From Desulfomonilia bacterium (GTDB taxonomy: Bacteria > Desulfobacterota > Desulfomonilia > UBA1062): a stretch of 64,000 nucleotides of DNA. The stretch lies in contig CAXXDQ010000003.1 in NCBI GenBank assembly GCA_963664325.2, positions 544,001-608,000 on the forward strand. The letters run 5' to 3'. Of this stretch, positions 48,986 through 58,218 are shown piece by piece. Each line of letters begins with the position of its first letter. Position 1 is the first letter of the stretch. The position numbers were made by a program, and so were the translations under genes. The notes beneath the pieces were generated by a model, which did no database searches, was not told the DNA's origin, and worked only from the letters and a program-made list of their open reading frames with translations.

Positions 48986-50158
48986 TTATAATGTCTCCGA
49001 TATGGGATATGCCCCGTAGCGTTTGCATGCATCGACCATGACTTTCATCTTGTGGGCAGGCATTGAAGAGAGGCCGTGAACCGGAGACAGGATATAGCGC
49101 CCGCCTGGACCCAGCTCCCGGATAAGCTTTTTCACTTCTTCCACGATCTCCTCGTCCTTTGAACGGTCCGTCAAGAGGTAGTCGACGCCTATGTTTCCGA
49201 CAATTGTCATTTTATCGCCGTGCTCGCGCTTTTGCTTGAAGATGTCCACATTCGATGTGTTTTCATAACCGTGGCAGCCGTCCGCCCCCCACTTGATGAA
49301 ACAATCGAACAAGAGGGTATTATCTCCGCAGGAATGATGAATATATCGGCCGCCCCGGTCATGCACGGCCTTGATGATGCGTGTATAGGGCGGTCCGTAG
49401 AGCTCGTCAATCAGTTTGGGTCTCAACATGGGGCCGGTCTTGAATGCAAAATCGTCTGTCTGGATTACAACCTTTATGCCTGCATCCATGATCGCCATGA
49501 TGGTCTTCATGCAGACCTCCTCGGCCCATGCGATGTACCTGTCCACCAGGTCCTTTTCTCTTTTTATCCACACAGGCATTCTCTCGAAACCTATTGCCCA
49601 GAGCATGCTTTCCTGTATGCCGTATGCCGAGCCCTGCCCGATCAGGCATATCTCATCGCCATATTTTTTTACCATCCTTTTCATGAAGCGGTAATTGCTC
49701 TGCGCAAGTTCGTCGATATCAGGCCACCAGGGCCATGCTTCAAAGTCTTCTCTGCTCTTTATCCCTGGGCCGCGGTACATGTAGATGGCGTTTCCGAAGC
49801 CGTCCTCCATGAGATCATAGATGGAACCAGAGAAACGAACCATGGTCTTTGAATCAAGGAATATAAAGCTCCGTTCGTGTATAGCCCATGTGGCGTCAAA
49901 TCCGAGCACGAGTGCGGCTTTGATGCGCTTGTCAAGCGTGGAGTCAATGAAGGGCTGTAACAGGGGCCTGGTCAGTTTGGGGCCGAACCTGTCCAGGAAA
50001 AACCGCGATACGGGGTTCCAGAGCGTGTCTATCGGTTTTATAAGCGGCTGGCCCAGCACCTCGTTGAAGCCCCTGTCCTCCATGAGCGCGCAGAAAACAG
50101 GCACGCGGTCTACCACCTTGCCGTCAAGTACATCCATTATCCTTGCAGTCGGATCCAT
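48986..50158 (-). CDS. UroD/MT2-family methyltransferase, paralogue 1
   Basis: DRVPV, TDDFAFKTGP, HHSCGDN, PGGRYILSPVHG. Confidence 0.85.
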   Translation of the reverse strand: MDPTARIMDVLDGKVVDRVPVFCALMEDRGFNEVLGQPLIKPIDTLWNPVSRFFLDRFGPKLTRPLLQPFIDSTLDKRIKAALVLGFDATWAIHERSFIFLDSKTMVRFSGSIYDLMEDGFGNAIYMYRGPGIKSREDFEAWPWWPDIDELAQSNYRFMKRMVKKYGDEICLIGQGSAYGIQESMLWAIGFERMPVWIKREKDLVDRYIAWAEEVCMKTIMAIMDAGIKVVIQTDDFAFKTGPMLRPKLIDELYGPPYTRIIKAVHDRGGRYIHHSCGDNTLLFDCFIKWGADGCHGYENTSNVDIFKQKREHGDKMTIVGNIGVDYLLTDRSKDEEIVEEVKKLIRELGPGGRYILSPVHGLSSMPAHKMKVMVDACKRYGAYPISETL

Positions 50159-50456
50159 ATAACCTCGCTTTCAAAATCGCCTTTCTGATGCCCGGAAGGC
50201 GGATTAATAAAGATTTCTTCCCCTGAAAAAAATTAAAAGGGATTCTTTTCAACAGATGCCATTATAGAACAGTTTAATCCAAATATAATTGGATTATAAA
50301 TTCAATTTTTTGTAAATTTGTGCTCGAAGGAACAAGAGTGCCACTATAGTAACTGAATATTAAGAGTTTACAATATGAAATTTGAATTTTAGCTTGACCC
50401 ACACTCATTAATATTTTTGAATCAGAAGACAAAATTATTCGATGAAGGAGCAAGTG

Positions 50457-51242
50457 ATGCCTGATACATTATATGAAATTAAAGACAATATCGCCTTTAT
50501 TACACTGAACCGCCCTGACAAACTGAATTCCGTTACCATGGACCAGCTCGAAGACCTGATAATTCAGCTTAACCGCTTTGAGCAGAATGACGATGTCCGC
50601 TCGATAATTATAACCGCAACCGGCCGCGGATTTTGCACCGGCGCTGATCTGTCGGGCGGCGGCGGACGGCATGACGTGACAACGCCGGTGGGCATGAAGC
50701 TTTCGGCGCATCTTTACGGACGCATCTGCTTTACCATCGCCACGATTGAAAAGCCGGTCATTGCGGCGGTCAACGGCATAGCGGCAGGTTCGGGCTGCAA
50801 CCTGGCGCTCTGCTGCGATATAATCCTGGCTGCGAAATCGTCCAAGTTCATACAGATATTCGTCAAGCGCGGCATGGTGCCCGACTGCGGCGGAACTTAT
50901 TTCCTTCCGAGGCTGGTGGGCCTTGCCAAGGCGAAAGAGCTTATCATGACCGGAGATCCCATCCTGCCAGACGAAGCGCTAAGGCTTGGCATGGTCAACC
51001 GCGTTGTCGATGACGGCAAGCTCATGGAAGAGGCGACGACGCTTGCGGCGAAGCTGGCCAAGGGCCCGACCCGCTCGATAGGCATGATAAAGCACCTCGT
51101 CAACCGCTCTTATGATTCTGACCTCATGAGCCAGCTGGACATGGAGGCCGCGTTCCAGGGGCTTGCCACTGCCACCGAGGACATGCGCGAGGGGTGGGTT
51201 AGCTTTTTCGAGAAAAGGGAGCCGAAATTCCAGGGAAAGTAG
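50457..51242 (+). CDS. Enoyl-CoA hydratase/isomerase (crotonase, PaaG-like)
   Basis: ITLNRPDKLN, FCTGADL, KPVIAAVNGIAAGSG, PDCGG, EKREPKFQGK; SD aaggag before ATG 50457. Confidence 0.9.
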   Translation: MPDTLYEIKDNIAFITLNRPDKLNSVTMDQLEDLIIQLNRFEQNDDVRSIIITATGRGFCTGADLSGGGGRHDVTTPVGMKLSAHLYGRICFTIATIEKPVIAAVNGIAAGSGCNLALCCDIILAAKSSKFIQIFVKRGMVPDCGGTYFLPRLVGLAKAKELIMTGDPILPDEALRLGMVNRVVDDGKLMEEATTLAAKLAKGPTRSIGMIKHLVNRSYDSDLMSQLDMEAAFQGLATATEDMREGWVSFFEKREPKFQGK

Positions 51243-51247
51243 AGCGA

Positions 51248-51368
51248 GCGGGGCGTGATAACTTCGCATCTCGTCGTCGCTCCTTGCGGAAACGTTGCGG
51301 CGTACGCTTAAGTACGCCTCACATTTCCGCTTCGTCACTCCTTGACCTGCTTTGTTCTGACGCCCCGC
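51248..51368. repeat. ~120-bp nested imperfect palindrome (MITE/REP-like element)
   Basis: Outer GCGGGGCGT/ACGCCCCGC, inner GCGGAAA/TTTCCGC and GGCGTAC/GTACGCC around GCTTAA. Confidence 0.7.
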
Positions 51369-51596
51369 AATTCCTTGAAACCCTGCATCATATTAGATGT
51401 GAGCCTGAATATCCAGATTGTTGTTCATTAACATGTTCAGGTGTAGAAAGCTTCCAGGGAGGACGCATTGACTGAAGGTCTTTATTTGAAGTTATTTCAT
51501 TGGTGTCCCTATAAGGTCCGTGAAAAATTGCTGGTAATCGAAGGGGATTTAGAGAATGGTATGTTTATACTTCGTTGATATGAAGGAGGAGGTAAA

Positions 51597-52337
51597 ATGG
51601 AACTAAATAAAAATTTCATAGAGTGGGCTTGTTCTTTATCTGGATGTGAAGGTGGAAACCTAAAAGCAGACTATTGGGTGTGTGGAATTGAGTGGGGTTA
51701 TAATAATAAAGCTGGAAACCAAAATGAATACTATAAAGTTGAACTTCCCAAGGAAATCGCAAATGGAAGGTATAATCCTTTGAAAAAATATCCTTGGAAT
51801 GATTCCCTAACATATCCTTATGGGAGGAACGTAGCAAAATTATACTCTGCTATAATTGGCGATGAAGTTCGTAATTATAAAAAAATAGTAGAGAATTGTA
51901 ACGGTTCGGAAATATTCAGGATGAATTTATATCCAATTGCATTTAACAACACGAATGACCAGTTATGGAAAGAATACGATTTAGAAGGAATTACTGGATT
52001 TGAGGAAAAATGTTTATTCAAGACATGGTGTTTCTTAAACAGGTTTCCAGCTATTTCACGATTGGTTAGCCAGGATTATCATCCTAAGGTAATAATAGGT
52101 ACGGGCATTAGTTATCTTACAGATTTTTTTGCATGCTTTGCTAGCAACATCGGTATCAATGCCACCATCAAGAGTGGAAAAGTACGGGATGACAGTATTA
52201 CACGTTCATTCTATTGGGCAAAATTAACCGAAAGAACAATTCTTGCGGTTATCCCATTCTTTTCAGGGCAATACGGATTGAATAGCGATGCCCTTATTCA
52301 AGAAACAGGTTCAAGAATCAGAGAATTGATAGCTTAA
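51597..52337 (+). CDS. Low-GC hypothetical protein, possibly uracil-DNA-glycosylase-superfamily fold
   Basis: Strong SD aggaggagg; GCEGGNLKADYWVCGIEWG, MNLYPIAF, PKVIIGTG pattern; AT-rich relative to flanks. Confidence 0.55.
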   Translation: MELNKNFIEWACSLSGCEGGNLKADYWVCGIEWGYNNKAGNQNEYYKVELPKEIANGRYNPLKKYPWNDSLTYPYGRNVAKLYSAIIGDEVRNYKKIVENCNGSEIFRMNLYPIAFNNTNDQLWKEYDLEGITGFEEKCLFKTWCFLNRFPAISRLVSQDYHPKVIIGTGISYLTDFFACFASNIGINATIKSGKVRDDSITRSFYWAKLTERTILAVIPFFSGQYGLNSDALIQETGSRIRELIA

Positions 52338-52629
52338 ATACTTGTTAGGGACGTTCAGGGAACCTTAGGGGACACCCATAAATGGACGGCTCGGTGTCAG
52401 GCCTTTAACCTTGACAAATTGAGTAACTGTCCTCGGGAGCTATATGAGGATGCCCATAAATGATTAACTTATTAGTCAGGAAAACATTGAATTCCAGTTT
52501 TCGCCGGAATAATGCATAAGATCAAAGCATTGAATTCGGGAGCATACTTGGAGACGCAGACTTCCCCAACGTTTCCTCAGTTGATATTCATGAACAAATC
52601 TTCGTTGTGCTCTTATAAAATATCGATTC

Positions 52630-52665
52630 TTGACATACACATAAAATGAACTTATGGTGTGTATA
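52630..52665 (+). promoter_or_regulatory. vapBC promoter with overlapping operator palindrome
   Basis: TTGACA (52630)-17 bp-TATGGT (52653); ATACACA...TGTGTAT inverted repeat overlapping it. Confidence 0.6.
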
Positions 52666-52679
52666 AATGGAGGCATAAG

Positions 52680-52877
52680 ATGCGGACAAATATTGTTTTG
52701 AATGAAGAACTGGTGGATAAGGGTATGACTTATACCGGCATAAAAACAAAGAAAGAACTTGTTGAATATGCCCTTTCCGAGCTTGTCAGACGCAAGGAGC
52801 AGAAGAAAATACTTAAACTCTCAGGTAAACTGAAGTGGGAAGGCAATCTGGAAGAGACGAGAAGGAGCCGAATCTGA
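52680..52877 (+). CDS. vapB: VapB-family antitoxin
   Basis: MRTNIVLNEELV...TKKELVEYAL...WEGNLEETR pattern; upstream of a PIN toxin. Confidence 0.85.
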   Translation: MRTNIVLNEELVDKGMTYTGIKTKKELVEYALSELVRRKEQKKILKLSGKLKWEGNLEETRRSRI

Positions 52878-53275
52878 AATTTCTTGTTGATACCTCTGTA
52901 TGGATTGATTTTTTTAATGGGAACCAGACAAAATCAGTAACAGTTTTGAAAAATCTCCTTAATAATGAAGAAGATATTTGCATTGCCGATATTGTTTTGA
53001 CAGAAACTTTGCAGGGTTTCAGGTCTGACACTGATTATGCAAAAGCAAAGAAGCATCTTTTGGTATTTCCGGTATATTCGCTTAAAGGAAGAGACTCATA
53101 TATCGCAGCTTCTCAAATATACAGGCTTTGCAGGAAATCGGGATTGACAATAAGGAAAACCGTTGATTGTCTTATAGCGAGAATAGCATTGGAAAATGAC
53201 CTGATCCTGCTCCATAACGATAAGGATTTTGATATGATTGCGAAAGTGACATCTTTGAAGATATTACAGATATGA
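52874..53275 (+). CDS. vapC: VapC PIN-domain toxin (probable CTG start overlapping the vapB stop)
   Basis: FLVDTSVWIDF, ETLQG, IRKTVDCLIA, LLHNDKDF. Confidence 0.88.
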   Translation: MKFLVDTSVWIDFFNGNQTKSVTVLKNLLNNEEDICIADIVLTETLQGFRSDTDYAKAKKHLLVFPVYSLKGRDSYIAASQIYRLCRKSGLTIRKTVDCLIARIALENDLILLHNDKDFDMIAKVTSLKILQI

Positions 53276-53498
53276 AAGTTGTAATTCAGGGGACAGTGAA
53301 GCGACTCAATAAGAACCGCAATCCTGCAAGAACAGAGAAACCCGCACAGGCCTTTTAAATGGGAACTTCCCTGGTGTGCATTAACAATTTGTTACACTTA
53401 CTAATTTGACTATGCTGCCTGTCGCCTGTAACAATCTCCATTATAAAAAATTTAAGCAGACCGATGCCTGTTCCAGACAAAATAAAAAAGGAGACCAT

Positions 53499-54026
53499 AT
53501 GGGACTGATTGAAGACCTGATGAAAATGAGCCGGGGTCACGGTCACGGCCATCATGATGACCATCACTACAAAGGCCATGTCGACCATCATTATGACAAA
53601 CACCGGGAATATCGCGAATATGACAACCATGATGAACATGGCGATGAAATTCACCGGTACGGGCCTGTTGATGACCATCACGATAATCACCATGACAAGC
53701 ATCATCCTTACCTCAGGGGTTCGCACAAAACCGACATGGTTTTTTCAATGCTCGAAAAAGTGATGGGCAATAAAACTCTCTTAGTGGGACTTATCATAGG
53801 TGGCATTGTTCTGCTGCTGCTCGGGTTTGGCGCAGTTCTGCTGATACTGCCGATTATCGGATCGCTTTTGGGTTTGGCAGGAAAGGCTGACTTGAAGGGC
53901 ATGCTTGACCCGGTCATAAAACTTCTTCAGGACATTCTGGGCGGCGCACAGAAGGCTGCTTCATTCCTTGACGGAATGGATGTATATGCGAATAATCTCA
54001 GCTTGTGTATGAATTATTTATGTTAA
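53499..54026 (+). CDS. His/Asp-rich membrane protein
   Basis: SD aaggag + ATG 53499; ~70-aa His-rich tract followed by a long hydrophobic segment. Confidence 0.65.
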   Translation: MGLIEDLMKMSRGHGHGHHDDHHYKGHVDHHYDKHREYREYDNHDEHGDEIHRYGPVDDHHDNHHDKHHPYLRGSHKTDMVFSMLEKVMGNKTLLVGLIIGGIVLLLLGFGAVLLILPIIGSLLGLAGKADLKGMLDPVIKLLQDILGGAQKAASFLDGMDVYANNLSLCMNYLC

Positions 54027-54040
54027 CGATATCTTCTTAT

Positions 54041-54964
54041 TCAGGGTAGCGCGATTTTAATATTGTTCCTTTTGAGGAATTCCGGGAAGCCGTAGAGCTT
54101 TTTTCCGAACATCTTCATCTCGTGCGCGTCTGCCGGGCAGTTGTTCAGGCAGCCGAAGCACAGGATGCATTTGCCTTCATCTATTTTTGCTTCGGCAATG
54201 TCGATTGCGCCTGTCGGGCATTGACTCATGCATTTGCCGCAGGCAATGCACCTGCTCCTGACAAGCTTGTGACTGATGAACAGCTTTGTCGGGGCCATCA
54301 TCGCCTTGCCGCTCAGGATGCTGCCCGTTTCGGCAGCGAAGCTTATCCCGCCCCGGCCGTATTGCATCAGCGTTTTCGAGGCGAAGGCGCGCACGCCTTC
54401 ATATGTCTTCTCGTTCGGCCTGTCCCTGAATTTCAGTATGCGTTCGGAATTGCCGAGAGACCATGTCGGCGGATAGGTGCTCATGTTGCCGAACATGTCC
54501 ATGCCGAGCGGAACTCCGCCTTTGTCAGAGAGCATCTTTAAAATGTTTGCAGCAGCCCTCTTCTGGCCGTCTCCGTTGCCGCCGTAACTAGCAAATGCCA
54601 CTGTCCCCGCCCCCTTTATCGACGGGATTGACCCCAGCCATTTTTTGACATTTAACGGTGCATCGAGGTAGTGGACCGGCGATCCGACGCCAATCAGGTC
54701 ATAATCTGAAAGACTTGCGATATCAGCCTTCCTGATGAAAACCGTGTCAACCTTAAGCCCGGCTTTTTCCCAGGTTCGGGCGATCAGCTCGGAGTAGATC
54801 CGGGTGTGCCCGGTCTGCGAATAGTAGATGAGGACAGCCTTTTCAGGGCTCGCTTTTCTTAGCGTGTTGACCGGCGTTATCGTACCGGCGGATGCATGGG
54901 CCGGTATTATCGAACAGGCCGCTGCGGCTGAGCAGCATGAAATGAACTTCCTTCTGTTTATCAT
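54041..54964 (-). CDS. Flavodoxin-like + 2[4Fe-4S] ferredoxin (EFR1-like) with Tat-type signal
   Basis: NRRKFI...AHA; YYSQTGHT; GSPV; CIACGKCMSQCP and CILCFGCLNNCP. Confidence 0.8.
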   Translation of the reverse strand: MINRRKFISCCSAAAACSIIPAHASAGTITPVNTLRKASPEKAVLIYYSQTGHTRIYSELIARTWEKAGLKVDTVFIRKADIASLSDYDLIGVGSPVHYLDAPLNVKKWLGSIPSIKGAGTVAFASYGGNGDGQKRAAANILKMLSDKGGVPLGMDMFGNMSTYPPTWSLGNSERILKFRDRPNEKTYEGVRAFASKTLMQYGRGGISFAAETGSILSGKAMMAPTKLFISHKLVRSRCIACGKCMSQCPTGAIDIAEAKIDEGKCILCFGCLNNCPADAHEMKMFGKKLYGFPEFLKRNNIKIALP

Positions 54965-55017
54965 TTAGTGTCCTCGTGGTATCGGCAGAGCGAATTTCTA
55001 TTCTGCTGTCAGTCTGT

Positions 55018-55533
55018 TCAAATTCCCAATTTGCATGCCAGATTATGGGTAAGCCTGTTCATTTTGAGCGGCAGCGGGCCCAGTCTTGTCTGGATGAATT
55101 CCATGATGACTCCGCAGCTCTTCCGGGTATCCATGTAGGCATAGTCAATGGTGAAGCCCTTGCTTTTTATCTGCCCGCGCTGAAGGATCTCGATTCCGAT
55201 GTCTTTGCACTGGTGAACGAGTTCTTCCAGGTTGTTCACCATATAGCCCAGGTGGTGCAGGCCTTCACGGCTGTCGAGGGTGTCGTTATAATAGCTGCGT
55301 CCTGAAGTTACCTCGATAAGTTCGAGCTGAACCCCGCCGGAATAGGCCATCGCGATCTTCAGCGACGCATTCACGGGCCCGTCCTTTTCAAGTGTAAATT
55401 CAGGGGTGCCTTCCCACAGCATCCACGGGCCTATGCCAAGTTTTTTGAAAGATTCCATCGTTCTGTCGACACTGTAAACAACCATGCCTATCTGGCCGAC
55501 ACCCGGAAGCTTGATACCTGGTATATTATTCAT
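55018..55533 (-). CDS. VOC/glyoxalase superfamily (methylmalonyl-CoA epimerase-like)
   Basis: QIGMVV, GIGPW, QLELIE, EGLHHLGY, AYMDT...MEFIQ. Confidence 0.82.
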   Translation of the reverse strand: MNNIPGIKLPGVGQIGMVVYSVDRTMESFKKLGIGPWMLWEGTPEFTLEKDGPVNASLKIAMAYSGGVQLELIEVTSGRSYYNDTLDSREGLHHLGYMVNNLEELVHQCKDIGIEILQRGQIKSKGFTIDYAYMDTRKSCGVIMEFIQTRLGPLPLKMNRLTHNLACKLGI

Positions 55534-55731
55534 TTTTCACCTCGGATTGTGTCTCACATTATATAAGTTTGCCGTTTTACCGCGCAAGGGAATTTGTGAT
55601 TTCCGTTATCATTTTTTATCAGCGCAGTATTCGATGGCAGGGCAGATATCAAGACATCAGCCTGTTCCTGTGTTAAATATTGTAAAACATCTTGACGTGA
55701 AAGGTGCTATAAACGACTTAGGTATATTTAT

Positions 55732-57072
55732 ATGAATAGAAAGAAAACAGAGACTGCACGTCCGAAAAGGTATTTATTAATCCCTGCAACAGCAGTTTCG
55801 ATTTTAATGACCCTGCTTGTTTTTCTTTGCCCGGCAGCGTCTTTCGGAGAGGATCAGGTAAAGCCCGGCGAGGTGCTCGACCTCGGCATGTGCATTGCAA
55901 TCGCACTTAAAAACCATCCGGATATGGTCGCCGCCGCCTCAAGCCAGAAGGCAAGCATCAGCAGGATAGGCCAGGCCAGATCATCCTACTACCCCCAGGT
56001 GAGCATCAATGCGGATTACATGCGTGTCAAGCAGCCTTCATATTCATCGGGCATAACCACAGACAGCACCAACGATACTTATGACGGTTCGGTGTCGCTC
56101 AGCCAGCTCCTGTACGACTTCGGCCGTACCTCGTCACAGGTCGGGATAAAAAAGTCTCTCTCGGAATCATCGGGCGCGAATGTCGCTACCACCGCCAGAG
56201 ACGTGTCATATGCGGTCAAACAGTCATATTACGGGCTTCTGAACGCACGCGACACGCTTGAAGACAACAGGGAAACGGTGAAGAATTTCGAGCAGCACCT
56301 CGACATGGCAAAAAAACTGTTCGAGGCCGGGATCAAACCGATGATCGACGTGACAAAGGCTGAAATGGACCTGAGCCAGGCCAGGCTCAGCATGATAAAG
56401 GCGCAGAACGACATCAGGGTGGCCAGGCTGACGCTCACCAATTCGATGGGTATCGATGAAATGCCGGATATAAAAATCAAGGACGCCCCGCCGTACACGG
56501 ATTACAGTATCACACCCGATGAATCGCTCAACAGGGCCTACGCCAGCAGGCCGGACCTCAAGGCGCTGCAGTGGGAGTACGATGCTGCAAAAAGGTCAAT
56601 CGACTATGCAAAAACGGGCAATTACCCGAACCTCAGTGGGACGGCAGGGGTCGGGAAGACCGGACGGGATTTTCCGCTTAATGACGAATGGTCAATCGGA
56701 GCGGGATTGTCCATCCCTATTTTCACGGGCTTTAATGTCAGATACCAGGTGGATGAGGCGAGATCCAACCTGATGATCAAGAAAGCGGAGATCGACAGGC
56801 TCAAACAGAATATCAGGCTCGATGTGCAGAAGGCCCTCGTCAATCTCTCGGAAATAAAAGAAGCCATAAAGGTTGCCTCGGTGGGAATGTACCAGGCAAA
56901 GCAAAACCGCGAACTGGCTGAAGGCCGCTATGCCGAGGGCATCGGAAATGCGATAGAGGTCAGTGACGCGCTTACCTCCGAACTTACTGCAAAAACAAAC
57001 CATACAATCGTCCAGTATCAGTACTGGCTTGCCATAGCAGCCCTTCAAAAGGCCATGGGGGAAGTCGAATGA
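55732..57072 (+). CDS. TolC-family outer membrane efflux protein
   Basis: ALKNHPD, YYPQVS, QLLYDFG, IPIFTG, RYAEGIG. Confidence 0.9.
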   Translation: MNRKKTETARPKRYLLIPATAVSILMTLLVFLCPAASFGEDQVKPGEVLDLGMCIAIALKNHPDMVAAASSQKASISRIGQARSSYYPQVSINADYMRVKQPSYSSGITTDSTNDTYDGSVSLSQLLYDFGRTSSQVGIKKSLSESSGANVATTARDVSYAVKQSYYGLLNARDTLEDNRETVKNFEQHLDMAKKLFEAGIKPMIDVTKAEMDLSQARLSMIKAQNDIRVARLTLTNSMGIDEMPDIKIKDAPPYTDYSITPDESLNRAYASRPDLKALQWEYDAAKRSIDYAKTGNYPNLSGTAGVGKTGRDFPLNDEWSIGAGLSIPIFTGFNVRYQVDEARSNLMIKKAEIDRLKQNIRLDVQKALVNLSEIKEAIKVASVGMYQAKQNRELAEGRYAEGIGNAIEVSDALTSELTAKTNHTIVQYQYWLAIAALQKAMGEVE

Positions 57073-58187
57073 AAAAAAAGCTTAACTTTATATTGATTAT
57101 ATTAATTGTTGTTATGGCAGTGATTTCCGCCTGTTCATCAAAGAAACATAAAACCGCAAATCCGCCGGTTCCCGTTATGGTGGAGGCTGTGAGCCAGAAG
57201 ACCATTCCCGTTACGCTGAGCGGCATAGGCAATGTCGAAGCGTATCAATCCATATCCATCAAAGCCCGGATCACGGGTCTCATAACCAGGGTCCATTTCA
57301 CACAGGGCCAGGATGTTAAAAAAGGCGACCCTCTGCTCGACCTTGACTGCAGGAGCGTTGAAGCTGAGCTGAAGAAAGCCCAGGCAAACCTGCTTAAGGA
57401 TACGGCGGAGGCGGAGAATGCACGTGTGGAATACAAGCGCTATGCCCGGCTGATCGAGAAGAACTATGTGGCCAGGCAGGAGTATGACCGGGCAGTGACG
57501 AACCTGGAGACGCTTGAGGCCACTCTCAAGGCCGACAAGGCTATTGTGGACAGCAGCCGGGTACAGATACAGTATTGCTCGATCTACTCCCCGATTGACG
57601 GCAGGACAGGCGCGCTCAAGGTGGATCAGGGCAATATTGTCAATGCCAACGATACCGAGATAACCACGATCAATCAGATTCAGCCTGTTAAAGTTTCATT
57701 TGCCATACCCGAGAAGGATCTTCCCGATATCAAGAAATACATGACAGACAGCAGGCTTAAGATGCAGGTTTTTATCCCCGGGGATGCACAGCCGGAAGCC
57801 GGCGAGCTTAACTTTGTCGATAACTTCATCGATAAGGCAACCGGAACGATCATCCTCAAAGGTGTTTTCGCAAACACTGACAAAAGGCTCCTGCCGGGCC
57901 AGTTTGTTGAAGTCGTATTGAACCTTGCCTATGAGGACAATGCGATTCTCGTTCCGTCTCAAAGCATAGAGCAGGCCCAGGAAGGCCAGTTTGTCTTTGT
58001 CCTTAAACCGGATCTGACTGTTGAAATGCGGACTGTCGTTACCGGCAGGACTTTTAAGAATGAAACGGTTATTTTAAAAGGCCTGAAGCCCGGAGAGAAT
58101 GTCGTGACGGACGGCCAGATGCAGCTGAAACCCGGTACCAGAGTCCGCATCAAAGAAAAGATAAGGAACAACACTCGAGACAGATGA
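57069..58187 (+). CDS. RND efflux membrane fusion protein (MdtA-like)
   Basis: Lipobox ISAC; GQDVKKGD; IYSPIDGRTG; LLPGQFV; VVTDGQ. Confidence 0.92.
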   Translation: MKKKLNFILIILIVVMAVISACSSKKHKTANPPVPVMVEAVSQKTIPVTLSGIGNVEAYQSISIKARITGLITRVHFTQGQDVKKGDPLLDLDCRSVEAELKKAQANLLKDTAEAENARVEYKRYARLIEKNYVARQEYDRAVTNLETLEATLKADKAIVDSSRVQIQYCSIYSPIDGRTGALKVDQGNIVNANDTEITTINQIQPVKVSFAIPEKDLPDIKKYMTDSRLKMQVFIPGDAQPEAGELNFVDNFIDKATGTIILKGVFANTDKRLLPGQFVEVVLNLAYEDNAILVPSQSIEQAQEGQFVFVLKPDLTVEMRTVVTGRTFKNETVILKGLKPGENVVTDGQMQLKPGTRVRIKEKIRNNTRDR

Positions 58188-58218
58188 TTTATATTCGGTT
58201 GATTAAGGGATTTCGCAG

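Noticed and set aside
43789-50162. Long plus-strand ORFs opposite the corrinoid operon, and minus-strand ORFs opposite the NRPS, C45 and RND genes
   Set aside because: Antisense shadows of well-supported genes with no recognisable motifs
52476-52676. Small minus-strand ORF as a transposase remnant
   Set aside because: No convincing HUH or DDE motif, and it overlaps the vapBC promoter
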